Positions 20,085 through 30,126 of a stretch of DNA of 64,000 bases are shown in pieces. The DNA is from Oceanispirochaeta sp. (lineage in GTDB: Bacteria; Spirochaetota; Spirochaetia; DSM-2461). A program made the position numbers and the translations under genes. The notes beneath the pieces were generated by a model. The model had not been told where the DNA came from. It did not search any database and was given only the letters and a program-made list of their open reading frames with translations. The DNA lies in assembly GCA_963666275.2 (NCBI GenBank), contig CAXXOA010000001.1, positions 1,184,001-1,248,000 of the forward strand, in the 5' to 3' direction. Within the stretch, counting starts at the first letter, position 1. Every line of letters begins with the position of its first letter.

Positions 20085-20831
20085 ATGGAACAGAATAATA
20101 ATAGATACACGGAAAAATTCAAAATACACTCTTATGAAGTAGATGTCACCAACACAGCCACTCTGCCGGCTATCTGCCAGTTTCTCCAGGAAGTGGCTTC
20201 CAATCATGCGGAACAGCTGGGATTCGGAGTCTCCTGGCTCCTTGAAAACCAGAGGACCTGGATGCTTTCCCGGATGGTTGTCAAAATGGATTCCTTTCCC
20301 CGGGTGGGGGAGGAAATCCTTGTGAATACCTGGCCTTCCGGGACTGACCGTCTGCTCTTTCTCAGGGACTTTTCCATTGAAAGAGCATCTGGGGAGGTTC
20401 TGGGGCGGGCCGTCAGCAGCTGGGTTTATATGAATCTGGAATCCAGAAGACCCGTACATCCCTCTTCGAAAGAGTTTGAGTATGACTTTTCCGGGACCGG
20501 GGAGAGAGCCATTGATATAAACCCCGGAAAGGTTCCTGTCCTGGCGGATGAAGTGGAGAAAGGGGCTTTCCGTGTCCGGTTCAATGATCTTGATATGAAC
20601 AATCATGTGAACAATATCAAATATATCGAATGGCTGATGGAGAGTGTTGATCCTGATTACAGACGAGTCAACAGACCGGTGGATCTCTCTGTCAATTTCC
20701 TGGCCGAAGCCCTTTACGGACAGGATGTCTCTGTCCATGCCGCGGGAACCGGGGAGTTCTCCCACTGCGTCAGAGACAGGGAGGGCAATGATATCTGCCG
20801 CGCGGAAAGCAGCTGGATTCCTGTAGTATAG
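20085..20831 (+). CDS. Acyl-ACP thioesterase (FatA-like)
   Basis: QEVASNHAE.LGFG, DLDMNNHVNN..Y..W; start 20085 (or 20067). Confidence 0.9.
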   Translation: MEQNNNRYTEKFKIHSYEVDVTNTATLPAICQFLQEVASNHAEQLGFGVSWLLENQRTWMLSRMVVKMDSFPRVGEEILVNTWPSGTDRLLFLRDFSIERASGEVLGRAVSSWVYMNLESRRPVHPSSKEFEYDFSGTGERAIDINPGKVPVLADEVEKGAFRVRFNDLDMNNHVNNIKYIEWLMESVDPDYRRVNRPVDLSVNFLAEALYGQDVSVHAAGTGEFSHCVRDREGNDICRAESSWIPVV

Positions 20832-20935
20832 ACGTATTCCTTGTCAGCTCTTTCTGTTTTTCCTGAAAAGTATTAGATGAAGTTCTTAGGGGGAACTATA
20901 ATTTTTCTGGATGGGCAGAGGAAAAGGAGGGAGAA

Positions 20936-21988
20936 TTGAGAAGGGGACATTTTATACTATCATTCTTTATTCTTATCAGCCTTCCCTCTCTCTACGGGAA
21001 TGAAGCGCTGCCGGGCCGGCCTGCCGGCGTCTCCGGGAATCTCCCGGAGGTAAAGGAATTCCCTCTCTGGATCATCCATGCTCTCCTTGTTCTCTTTCTG
21101 CTGCTTATTGTCCTGATTCTCTATTTCCGGATCCACAGGAAAAGGCTGGAACTTGAAAAACAGGCTCTCGCCCGGAAGGCGGAAGAACTGGAGACAGAGC
21201 TGGAGATAATGTCCCGGCAGCTTGAGAATACATCAGAAAAACTGATCCACTCGGAAGAGCAGTCTCTCGTGTCCAGGCTTGTGACAGGAATTGCCCATGA
21301 AGTCAATACTCCTATGGGAGTGGTTCTCACCTCTCTGACCTACAATAAGGAACTTCTCTCGGATATAGAAAAGCTTTATGCGGTAAACGATCTGGGGGCA
21401 GTGGATTTTGATAAATTTCTTAAAAGCTCCGGCGAATCCCTGGATATCTGCCTTATGAATGTTCACAGGGCTATCGAGCTGATCAGGAACTTTAAAAATA
21501 TTTCCGCCGAACAGATCCGGGATGATATGTGCGTTGTGAATCTGAAAGATCATACGGAAAATCTGATCCTTGCTCTGTATCCCGAACTGAAAAAAACAAG
21601 GATCAAAGTTCATACGAATCTTGCGGACCGGATTGTCCAGACCTATCCGGGGGCTCTGAATCATATCATTGTCAATCTTATCCTCAATTCTCTGAATCAC
21701 GGCTTTGATCCGGGGGAAGAGGGCGATATCTATATCAGTTTCCTTAAAAAGGGGGGAGACTGCCGTATTCTGTATTCTGACAACGGGAAGGGAATCCTCC
21801 GGGAGAACATTCATAAAATTTTCGACCCCTTTTATACGACAGGAAGGGAAAAAGGAAATACCGGCCTGGGGCTGAGTATTCTCAAAAATGTCCTGACCGA
21901 AAAATTGAACGGAAGGGTACAGGCGAGAACAGAACCGGGAAGGTATACCTGCTTCGACATAACCTTTCCGGTCCACCGGATCAGCTGA
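20936..21988 (+). CDS. Orphan sensor histidine kinase
   Basis: GIAHEVNTP H-box, NLILNS..H, DNGKGI, FDPFYTT, GTGLGL-like G2 box. Confidence 0.9.
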   Translation: MRRGHFILSFFILISLPSLYGNEALPGRPAGVSGNLPEVKEFPLWIIHALLVLFLLLIVLILYFRIHRKRLELEKQALARKAEELETELEIMSRQLENTSEKLIHSEEQSLVSRLVTGIAHEVNTPMGVVLTSLTYNKELLSDIEKLYAVNDLGAVDFDKFLKSSGESLDICLMNVHRAIELIRNFKNISAEQIRDDMCVVNLKDHTENLILALYPELKKTRIKVHTNLADRIVQTYPGALNHIIVNLILNSLNHGFDPGEEGDIYISFLKKGGDCRILYSDNGKGILRENIHKIFDPFYTTGREKGNTGLGLSILKNVLTEKLNGRVQARTEPGRYTCFDITFPVHRIS

Positions 21989-22460
21989 GGTCCCCCGGTC
22001 TGATAATCCTGAGATCCCGTACGTCCAGAGAGTCCTTATTTTCCCGGAGAGTGAGTATGACAGCGCAGCAGGTCGGCATGGCTATGTCTCTCTCCGCCAG
22101 GAGCGAAGCGAATATACTGATTCCGGGATTGTGGGCATAGAGATAGAGCGTTTCAGACTGACCGATCCTTTTTGTAACGGCTATTTCCAGATCTTCCGGA
22201 CTTCCCAGGTACAGTGAGGGGATCTGATCAATCCTTTCGGGATCAAAAGCGAACACCTCCGACATGATCGACGCCGTTGTGAGCGCTCTGTTGGCCGGGC
22301 TTGTAAGGATAAGATCAGGAAGCAGACCCAGATCTTTCAGCTCCCGGGCCATCCTCGGAGCATCTTTCAGGCCTCTTTTGTTCAGAGGTCTGTCAAAATC
22401 GGAAAGGGCGGGAGTGGACCAGTCAGATTTGGCGTGACGGACAAGGACCAGAGTTTTCAT
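21981..22460 (-). CDS. sixA: SixA-like histidine phosphatase
   Basis: RHAKSDW, DFDRPL, SPA.RA..TA, HNPG. Confidence 0.85.
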   Translation of the reverse strand: MKTLVLVRHAKSDWSTPALSDFDRPLNKRGLKDAPRMARELKDLGLLPDLILTSPANRALTTASIMSEVFAFDPERIDQIPSLYLGSPEDLEIAVTKRIGQSETLYLYAHNPGISIFASLLAERDIAMPTCCAVILTLRENKDSLDVRDLRIIRPGDLS

Positions 22461-22867
22461 TCCTGAGAATCCTTCTGCTGCTCTTTCTGCCGTTTCTCCA
22501 TTGCATTGATCTGTCTTTCAATTTTGTTGACCTTGAATTCGATGGAGTTGAGGATCCAGAACTGAAAGTGATTCACCTTCTGGGATGTATACATCATCCA
22601 GACAATCTTGATGGATAAAATGAGTAAACCTACCTCAAGAGAGACAAAAGGCGGGAGCCAGTGGGTTGTGACCTCAAGGGTGAAAAAGAGCAGAACAATC
22701 GTCAGGAACAGGATATTGATAAGGTTTTCCTTTTTGTGTGAGAGCTGCCCGCCCAGGCTGCCAAGGAGCTTTTTCACCCGTTCTTTTTCTTTTTTGAACT
22801 CTTCGAGTTCCCGGGCTAATTCCCTTTCTCTTTCTGTCTGAGGAATCTGGTCGCCATGCATTGCCAT
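22457..22867 (-). CDS. Hypothetical membrane protein (2 TM plus coiled coils)
   Basis: AAGGAG SD, ATGA overlap with sixA. Confidence 0.75.
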   Translation of the reverse strand: MAMHGDQIPQTERERELARELEEFKKEKERVKKLLGSLGGQLSHKKENLINILFLTIVLLFFTLEVTTHWLPPFVSLEVGLLILSIKIVWMMYTSQKVNHFQFWILNSIEFKVNKIERQINAMEKRQKEQQKDSQE

Positions 22868-23035
22868 AACACTCCTTGTGTCTATTTCAATTATAGTTAA
22901 TTTATTATGATAGCAGAGGTAAAAAAAAAAATCATCCCCGCGGGAGTTTCTGTTGACTCTCCTATCTTATCTCTATATTATGTTGCCCTGACGCACTTTA
23001 AAAGTGTGTAATATTTTTTAGGAGTATGTAAAGTA

Positions 23036-23653
23036 ATGGCAAGAAATTCCACCTCAAGAGGAAAAGTTGTCCGCCGTCTCGGTGTCAATATTTACGGTAA
23101 CAGTAAATATGATAGATTACTTAAGAAGAAACCTCATACTCCCGGTACGGAAAAAGGCAAACGTATCCGGAAGAAAGAGAGTGACTTCGGTAAACAGCTG
23201 GCGGAAAAGCAGAAAATCAGATTTGCTTACGGAATGAGCGAGAAACAGTTTTTTAACCTGTTTCTGAGAGCAAAAGGTATGTCCGGACTGACCGGTGATA
23301 ACATGATGATCCTTCTGGAAAGAAGACTCGATAATGTTGTCTACAGACTGGGAATGGCTGGAACCAGAGCTCAGGCCCGTCAGATGGTAAGCCATGGACA
23401 TGTAAGCGTTAACGGACATCGTTGTAATATTCCTTCAAGAACTCTTCGTGAGGGTGATGAAATCACTATCAAAGAGAATGACAGAAGTAAAAAACTGGTA
23501 CGTGAGTGCCTGTCTTCCAGCAATCAGGCTGTTCCTGTATGGCTGACAATGTCTGAAGACAGTCTGAAAGGGAGAGTCGAAAGAAGCCCCTACAGAACTG
23601 ATATCGCCAGTGTTGCAAACGAACAGATGGTTGTTGAGTTCTACTCTAAATAA
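23036..23653 (+). CDS. rpsD: 30S ribosomal protein S4
   Basis: QLAEKQK...YG, LERRLDNVVYRLG, QARQMVSHGH, VEFYSK; upstream TTGACT-17-TATTAT promoter. Confidence 0.97.
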   Translation: MARNSTSRGKVVRRLGVNIYGNSKYDRLLKKKPHTPGTEKGKRIRKKESDFGKQLAEKQKIRFAYGMSEKQFFNLFLRAKGMSGLTGDNMMILLERRLDNVVYRLGMAGTRAQARQMVSHGHVSVNGHRCNIPSRTLREGDEITIKENDRSKKLVRECLSSSNQAVPVWLTMSEDSLKGRVERSPYRTDIASVANEQMVVEFYSK

Positions 23654-23672
23654 TCCTTCTGTGCTTTTTTAC

Positions 23673-23702
23673 AAAACCCGGTTTTTTACCGGGTTTTTTT
23701 TT
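23673..23702 (+). terminator. Rho-independent terminator of rpsD
   Basis: aaaacccggt-ttttt-accgggtttt followed by T run. Confidence 0.85.
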
Positions 23703-23802
23703 GGCTTTTTTTTTCGGTGAATGGTACCGGCCCGGCGGCGGGGATTTTACAAGAATGGAAAATGGTATAAAATTGCTCAGGAAAAGTAGGGGATAATAAA
23801 CT

Positions 23803-24171
23803 ATGAACTGCGTTGTAAAAAGACAGGAAGTCATCCTATTTGAGCATGACGGAAACTGGCTTCATCCTCTGTTTGCCCTGGAGGATTTTCTTGCCGGGGA
23901 GAATCTGAAAGCAGATGATCTTTCTCTGGAAGACAAACTGATAGGCCGGGGGGCGGCCATTCTCATAGCCCGCATGGGGATTAAGAGATGTCATGGCAGG
24001 GTGGTCAGCAGAAAAGCCCTTCCTGTGGCTGAAAAGTATAACATCACACTGACATGGGACAGTCTGGTGGACACTCTTTCCTGTCAGACCGAGCAGGTCC
24101 TGACGGAGGATATGTCTTTAGAGGAATCCTACAGAGAACTTGCCCGTCGGGCCGGCAGGACTGGACTTTGA
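23803..24171 (+). CDS. DUF1893 (TM1506-like) protein
   Basis: DKLIGRGAA, S..A..V, C..E motifs. Confidence 0.75.
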   Translation: MNCVVKRQEVILFEHDGNWLHPLFALEDFLAGENLKADDLSLEDKLIGRGAAILIARMGIKRCHGRVVSRKALPVAEKYNITLTWDSLVDTLSCQTEQVLTEDMSLEESYRELARRAGRTGL

Positions 24172-24848
24172 AGGATAAAACAATACTGGAAATCGAAGGA
24201 CTCGGAGTCTACCGGAATACAAGACTGGTTCTGAGTTCTCTGGATATGACGATCCGATGCGGAGAGGCTGTTCTTCTGACAGGGCCCAACGGCTGCGGTA
24301 AAACCACTCTGCTCCGGACGGTGGCCGGTTTCCTCTCACAGACTCAGGGGAGTATCCGGATTATGGGAATGGATAATCTCGGCAGGGAGTGGAGGAAAAA
24401 CCGTCACCTCCTTTCCTATGTACCCCAGGAGGAGCTAATCTCTCCCTTTCCCGTTTCTGTGGAGGAAATGGCGGCTATGGGAACCGCCGCACTGCGTCTG
24501 ACGCCGGGAGAGAGGAAAAAGCGGGTTCATACCGCTCTGGAGGTGACAGGCTGTCTGGGCCTGAAGGACAGGAACTTTTTTACCCTCTCGGGAGGAGAAA
24601 AAAGGCGGACCGCCCTGGCCCGCTGCCTCTGTCAGAATTCCCATATCCTCCTTCTGGATGAGCCCATGACCTATCTGGACCGGGATGCCCGTGTGAATTT
24701 CCTGGGCGTTCTTGACCATATTCGCCGGGAGTACAGAATTACAGTTCTCATGGTAAGCCATATGGAGGAGAATATGGATCCCAATGACTGGAGACGGATC
24801 CGCTTTCATGACGGGGCGCTGCTGGAAGAGGGAGGACAGAATGTTTGA
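24168..24848 (+). CDS. Metal (Zn/Mn) ABC transporter ATPase
   Basis: GPNGCGKT, YVPQ, FPVSVEE, LSGGEKRR, LLDEP; TTG start overlapping previous stop. Confidence 0.88.
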   Translation: MKDKTILEIEGLGVYRNTRLVLSSLDMTIRCGEAVLLTGPNGCGKTTLLRTVAGFLSQTQGSIRIMGMDNLGREWRKNRHLLSYVPQEELISPFPVSVEEMAAMGTAALRLTPGERKKRVHTALEVTGCLGLKDRNFFTLSGGEKRRTALARCLCQNSHILLLDEPMTYLDRDARVNFLGVLDHIRREYRITVLMVSHMEENMDPNDWRRIRFHDGALLEEGGQNV

Positions 24849-25653
24849 GCTGCTGACCTTTCCTCCTGTTCTGAGGGGATTCCTCTCCCTGCTGGCTGCG
24901 GGGGTCTGTTTTCCCCTGACAGGGATATTCATTCTCAGGCTGAACCTTCTGAATATGCGGTTTATGCTGATGCACGGTGTTATGCTGGCAGGGGCTGTGG
25001 CCCTTTCGTTCTCTTTTGATCCCCTGCTGACAGCCGTGGGGGTCAATACCGCCCTGGTTCTGCTCATAACAGTCATGGCCCGCTCTTCCCGTCTGCCCAC
25101 GGGAGGGCTGACAACTTTTTTTATGGTTCTCTGCGTAGGGGTGGCGATGATCCTGATTTATAAAAGCCGTGTCCCTGTCCAGGATACTATGAATCTCCTC
25201 TGGGGAAGTATCTTCGCCCTGACTCCCCGGGACAGCCGGCTGCTCCTGTTTTTCTGCCTGGTGATCCTCCTTTTCGTTTTCTTCCGATACAGGCAGATCG
25301 GAGCTGTGCTTATTGATCCCGAACTGGCCAGATCCAGCGGTGTGGAAGAACCTTTCCTTTTCTATTCCATTATGATCCTGACTGGTCTGACTATCGCCTT
25401 TGCCATGCGCCTTGTGGGGGCCCTCCTTCTGGATGCCCTGGTTCTTCTGCCGGCCATGACCGCCGTCTATTTTGCCAAATCCATGAAAAGCATGTTCCTG
25501 ACGGCGTCTCTTACAGGTTTTATCTTCAGTCTCGCCGGGTTTTTTCTGGCGCTGAAAATTGATATTCCAGTCAGTTCCGGAGTCATACTGGTTGCCGGTG
25601 TGATATTCGGTGCAACATTTCTAACGAGGTATTTATATGAAAAAAACAATTAA
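24841..25653 (+). CDS. Metal ABC transporter permease (ZnuB-like)
   Basis: H..LAG, LWGSI, DPELARSSGV, VGALL..ALVLLPA. Confidence 0.88.
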   Translation: MFELLTFPPVLRGFLSLLAAGVCFPLTGIFILRLNLLNMRFMLMHGVMLAGAVALSFSFDPLLTAVGVNTALVLLITVMARSSRLPTGGLTTFFMVLCVGVAMILIYKSRVPVQDTMNLLWGSIFALTPRDSRLLLFFCLVILLFVFFRYRQIGAVLIDPELARSSGVEEPFLFYSIMILTGLTIAFAMRLVGALLLDALVLLPAMTAVYFAKSMKSMFLTASLTGFIFSLAGFFLALKIDIPVSSGVILVAGVIFGATFLTRYLYEKNN

Positions 25654-26389
25654 ATGTGTCTCTTTTGTGCTGTTCCTGATGGCGGGAACCATCCTTTGTG
25701 CCCAGAGTCCCCGTCTGATTGCCACCAACGGCTGGACAGCCGCTTTTGCCGAACTGGCGGGAGCGGACAATATGGAAGTTCTGGCTCCCTACGATATGAA
25801 ACATCCGCCGGAATACGAAATCTCTCTGGCAGAGCTTCAGAAGGTCTCCCGCGCGGATTTTCTTGTATTTGCCGGTTATGAGACCATGATGAAGAGGATT
25901 AAAGAGTCTATGGGAGACAGCAGCTCAGTCACTCTCATTCAGGTAGATACCGTCAACAGCTATCCTGTGATTGCCGCATCAGTGAGAAAGATTGCCGGAG
26001 AACTGGGAACGGTAGAGGCCGCAGAGGCAAACCTTGCTGAACTGAAATCCTTTCTGGACGACTGGAAGAGGGAGCTGGTTTCAGAAGACCTGATGAAAAA
26101 TATCATTGTCCACTTTCACCAGCAGGGACCGGCAAAATCTCTGGGCCTGGAGCCCGCAATGGTTTTCGGTCCCGCTCCCGCCAGTCTGAATCAGATCCGG
26201 GATGTGCTTGGCATCAAACCTTCTGTGATCATCGACAACTATCATAACCCCCAGGCCGCCCCTTTTCTGGAGCAGACACCTGCTCCTGCGGTGGTTCAGT
26301 GGATCAATTTTCCCGGTACCGCCGGAACCCGTTCCCTGCTGGATGTTATGAAGTACAACAGGGAGCAGCTTGACAAGATCCTTAACTGA
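25637..26389 (+). CDS. Metal ABC transporter substrate-binding protein (divergent)
   Basis: Signal peptide, HPPEYE...ADFLVFAGYE; operon context. Confidence 0.75.
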   Translation: MKKTIKCVSFVLFLMAGTILCAQSPRLIATNGWTAAFAELAGADNMEVLAPYDMKHPPEYEISLAELQKVSRADFLVFAGYETMMKRIKESMGDSSSVTLIQVDTVNSYPVIAASVRKIAGELGTVEAAEANLAELKSFLDDWKRELVSEDLMKNIIVHFHQQGPAKSLGLEPAMVFGPAPASLNQIRDVLGIKPSVIIDNYHNPQAAPFLEQTPAPAVVQWINFPGTAGTRSLLDVMKYNREQLDKILN

Positions 26390-26948
26390 GGGGATCCCGG
26401 TTTTCCCAGGTGTTGTAGCAGACAACTTCGGAAAGAGGTCTCCTGGAACGGGGGGCCTCTTCTGCCGCTCTGTGTTTTTCGTTTAATCCTTCGGGACTGC
26501 CAGGGTAACCCAGAATAATGAGAGTCAGAAGGGTGTAATTTTCTGAAATACCCAGATCCCGTCTTAGTTCCGGAGCTTCGAATCCGGCAATGGGATGGGA
26601 GACAAGTCCTTCTTTCTGGGCCTGAAGCTGCAGATTCATACAGGCCATTCCGGTGTCGAAAAAGGCATAATCCCTGTTTCCGGACAGTCGGGCATCCAGG
26701 TCTTCTCTTGTGACAACTGCTATAACAAGAGGGCTTTCCAGGGCCCAGTAATTGCCGCCGGAAAAGTGTTTCCTCGCTATATCCAGGGTCTCTTTTCTAT
26801 TCAGTACAAGAAAGCGCCATGGCTGTTTGTTGGCACAGCTGGGAGCCAGTACGGCCGCTTCCATAAGGCGTTCAATAATAACTTCACCAACCGGTTTGCC
26901 GGAGATGGCCCGAAGGGCTCTCCGTTCGTTTACTTCTTTCAATATCAT
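26382..26948 (-). CDS. Nitroreductase family protein
   Basis: RRA.R, APSCANKQPWRF, DTGMA..NL.LQA, LGYP. Confidence 0.92.
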   Translation of the reverse strand: MILKEVNERRALRAISGKPVGEVIIERLMEAAVLAPSCANKQPWRFLVLNRKETLDIARKHFSGGNYWALESPLVIAVVTREDLDARLSGNRDYAFFDTGMACMNLQLQAQKEGLVSHPIAGFEAPELRRDLGISENYTLLTLIILGYPGSPEGLNEKHRAAEEAPRSRRPLSEVVCYNTWENRDPLS

Positions 26949-26954
26949 AACACT

Positions 26955-26983
26955 ATCATAATAACTAATTAGTTATATATCAA
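26955..26983 (-). promoter_or_regulatory. Nitroreductase promoter with palindromic operator in spacer
   Basis: TTGATA-17-TATGAT-6 nt-ATG; spacer holds perfect palindrome ATAACTAATTAGTTAT (26961-26976). Confidence 0.75.
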
Positions 26984-27003
26984 GATTACCCTCCCTTTTC
27001 GAT

Positions 27004-30000
27004 TCAGGGAATAACTTCCAGTTCCTGGGGCAGGGGAGTTTCAGGGGAGGCAGGGGGCTCCGAACAGGGCCTTTTTTCTTTCATCATGGAAAGAACGACA
27101 GGCAGAACCGCCAGGGTCAGGAAGGTTCCGAATATTAGTCCCCAGGCAATGGATATCCCTACAGGCACCATCATCTGTCCGCCCACGCTCTTCTGAAAGA
27201 TAAGAGGCCCCAGGCCTATGGATGTTGTCAGAGTCGTCATGAGGATGGGCCGGAACCTCTGCAGCGCCGCCTCTCTGGCGGCTTCCATTGATGAACTCCC
27301 GCTACGGATCTTTTTGTTGAAACAGTCGATCAGAACCACCGAGTCGTTGACTATGATCCCCCCCAGGGCCACACTGCCCAGAAAGGAGATGAAAGAGATC
27401 GGTTTTCCCATGATGATATGGCCGTAGAGGGCTCCCAGAAAACCCAGAGGAATCAGCGACAGAACAAGCAATGCCTGGCCCCAGGATTTCATCTGAAACA
27501 GAAGGAGGGTAAACATCACCAGAAGCGCCAGAGCCATGCTGAAGATCATGGAACGGATCATTTTATCCACCCAGGCGGCCTGGCCGCCTTTGGAAAGGGA
27601 GACTCCCTCAACCCGGGAGAGAATTTCAGGCAGGATTATTTCATTCACTTCCTTCATAACCAGGTTTATCTCGGTGACTTCCGTATCCACTCCGGCCATG
27701 ACCCTGAGGGAACGGTATCCGTTCTCCCGCCGGATGCTCCTTTCGCTCCTCTGCAGTGTAAAGTCCGCCACCTCTTTCAGGCGGACCGCCGTCCCCTCAG
27801 GCGTCTTGATAAGAAGATTTTCCACCCGGTTAAGAGAGTCCCTCTCCATGAGAGGATAGCGGAGAAGAACAGGGATCCTATTCCGTCCCTCCTGTATGGT
27901 CATCAGTTCACTCCCGTAGAATCCCATTCTGAGCTGACTCACAACACCGGCAGTGGTCAGTCCCAGGGCTCTTCCCCTGTTATTCAGTGTCAGAAGGAAC
28001 TCTTTCTGTCCCAGAGGCATATCATCTCTGATATCCTTTACACCTTTTATTCCTCTGAGTTTTTCCTTAAAAAGATCAGCTGCCAGCTCCAGCTGCTCTT
28101 TCTCCCTTCCGAGAAATCGGATCGACACGGGATCTCCTCCGAACATGGAATCGTTCCCTATAAAGAGGGATTCCACCTGGGGATATTCAGGAAACTCCCG
28201 AGCCAGGTCAAGGGAAAAGCTGTTGACTGTGAAATCCCGTACTTTATTATCCTGGAGGATCAGATAGACAAAAATCTGATTGCTGTTTCCCCAGGAGAGG
28301 TAGTCGGCAATGGCGTTATCATACTTTTTACTGTCTCCGACATAATCCTTTCCGAACTGCAGCGCAAAGGCTTCCATATCCTCTCTGACCGCATCGATCA
28401 CATCCGAGGAGGTTCCCGAGGGAAACTGAACCTGCGCATATACATAGGGGGCCTCAATATCCGGGAAAAATGCGGCCCTGATATGGTTGCCCATAACCGC
28501 TCCGACCGAGATCATCAGGGTGCATCCCAGGATCGTAAGGATCACAGCTCTGTTCGAAAGGGCATAGTTCAGGAAGGGAGAGTAGATCCTGTGGATCAGG
28601 TAATACTGGAATACCTCCAGTTTCCGCCGCAGTTTACCGGGATTTCTGGCACTGTCGGTAAGGGATTTCGAATGAGCCAGATGGGCCGGCAGAAGGATAA
28701 GGGCCTCCACAAGGGAAAAGGCGAGGCTGGCTATGACGACCATACCGATCTGGCGTGTGTATTTGCCCATTTCACCATAAATATAAAAGTAGGGGACAAA
28801 GGCAACCATTGTGGTGGCAATGGAGATCAGGACAGGAGATATCACCTCCATGGTACCGTCTATGGCCGCCTGCCGCCTTGTTTTGCCCAGTCTGTGCCAC
28901 TGATCATAGATGCTCTCTCCAATCACTATTCCGTCATCCACCAGGATTCCTATGATCATGATCATTCCGAAAAGAGACATTTCGTTGATGGTGATCTTCA
29001 TCATCCATTCCAGGAATATAAGGCCCATGAATGAGATGGGGATTCCCAGGGCAACCCAGAAAGAGAGACGGGTATTGAGGAACAGTCCCAGGATCAGAAC
29101 CACCAGCACCAGTCCCATCATTCCGCTCCGGGCCAGGGTGCCCAGGCGGTCATTCAGTTCATCCACATCACGGATATAGGTCTGAAAGGTCAGACTGTCT
29201 TTGTATTTCTCCCGGTAGTCCACAAGCTGGGCATCCACGATCTTTGAAATTTCTATGACATCCTCGGTGTTGCTGTACATGATCTGAAGCCCCACAGCCT
29301 CCCGGCCGTTGGCTCTTGTATAAACCTCATTTTCCTCTCTGCCGGTTCTGACAGTGCACAGATCCTTCAGGTAGAGAGTTCCCCCCGAAGGAGTGGCGCT
29401 GAGGATAATCTCTTCCAGTTCGGGTATGGTTGTTTTTTTCTCGTAGGTTCTTATCTGGATCTCCTCCTGCCCCGTAAGGATGGATCCTGCAGACAGGTTC
29501 AGGCTGGAGGACTGGACGGCATTTTGAATATCCTCCAGAGTGAGACCGTAACGCTCTAGATTGGCAGAAAGAGGCTCTATGACTATCTGCTCTCCCGGAA
29601 ATCCCCATGTATTGATCTGGGTGACATTTCCGGTTCTGATAAGGTCCTCCCTGAACTCGCCGGCGACTTCTTCCAGAGTTTTGAGATTGTCTGTGCCGTA
29701 TATGAAAAGGAGCATGACCCTGTTCCATTCGGTTTCCTGATAGATCACAGGTTTTTCCGCATCCGCCGGATACTCCGGTGAAGTTTCAACCGCGGATCTG
29801 ACCTTATCCAGGAGCTTGTCCATGGGGTACCAGGGCGAGGTCTCCAGACCGAACCAGCCGCCTCCGTCATAGGCCGAAGAGGTGATCTCCATGATTCCCT
29901 CCAGACCCTGGAGCTGTTCCTCCAGGGGAAGGATCATTCCCTCCTCCACTTCCCGGGCGGAAGCCCCCGGCCAGGAGAGATTGATGGAAATGTAATCAAA

Positions 30001-30126
30001 CTCAATTTTGGGCCATATCCGTTTCTGCAGATTGAGCAGTCCGAATGTCCCCGCTGCAAAAATCAGGATCATCAGCCAGTTGGCAAGCAGGGAGTTGTCG
30101 ACAAAAAATGCTATAAGCTTTTTCAT
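27004..30126 (-). CDS. RND efflux transporter permease (AcrB/AcrD/AcrF family)
   Basis: 1040 aa; WPGASAREVE, GILVDDGIV.GE, GIIVNDS, RFRPILMTTLTT. Confidence 0.93.
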   Translation of the reverse strand: MKKLIAFFVDNSLLANWLMILIFAAGTFGLLNLQKRIWPKIEFDYISINLSWPGASAREVEEGMILPLEEQLQGLEGIMEITSSAYDGGGWFGLETSPWYPMDKLLDKVRSAVETSPEYPADAEKPVIYQETEWNRVMLLFIYGTDNLKTLEEVAGEFREDLIRTGNVTQINTWGFPGEQIVIEPLSANLERYGLTLEDIQNAVQSSSLNLSAGSILTGQEEIQIRTYEKKTTIPELEEIILSATPSGGTLYLKDLCTVRTGREENEVYTRANGREAVGLQIMYSNTEDVIEISKIVDAQLVDYREKYKDSLTFQTYIRDVDELNDRLGTLARSGMMGLVLVVLILGLFLNTRLSFWVALGIPISFMGLIFLEWMMKITINEMSLFGMIMIIGILVDDGIVIGESIYDQWHRLGKTRRQAAIDGTMEVISPVLISIATTMVAFVPYFYIYGEMGKYTRQIGMVVIASLAFSLVEALILLPAHLAHSKSLTDSARNPGKLRRKLEVFQYYLIHRIYSPFLNYALSNRAVILTILGCTLMISVGAVMGNHIRAAFFPDIEAPYVYAQVQFPSGTSSDVIDAVREDMEAFALQFGKDYVGDSKKYDNAIADYLSWGNSNQIFVYLILQDNKVRDFTVNSFSLDLAREFPEYPQVESLFIGNDSMFGGDPVSIRFLGREKEQLELAADLFKEKLRGIKGVKDIRDDMPLGQKEFLLTLNNRGRALGLTTAGVVSQLRMGFYGSELMTIQEGRNRIPVLLRYPLMERDSLNRVENLLIKTPEGTAVRLKEVADFTLQRSERSIRRENGYRSLRVMAGVDTEVTEINLVMKEVNEIILPEILSRVEGVSLSKGGQAAWVDKMIRSMIFSMALALLVMFTLLLFQMKSWGQALLVLSLIPLGFLGALYGHIIMGKPISFISFLGSVALGGIIVNDSVVLIDCFNKKIRSGSSSMEAAREAALQRFRPILMTTLTTSIGLGPLIFQKSVGGQMMVPVGISIAWGLIFGTFLTLAVLPVVLSMMKEKRPCSEPPASPETPLPQELEVIP

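Noticed and set aside
23036..26389. rpsD as a zinc-free paralogue co-regulated with the metal ABC transporter
   Set aside because: A strong terminator separates them, no Zur-like box is recognisable, and stand-alone Cys-motif-free rpsD is common.
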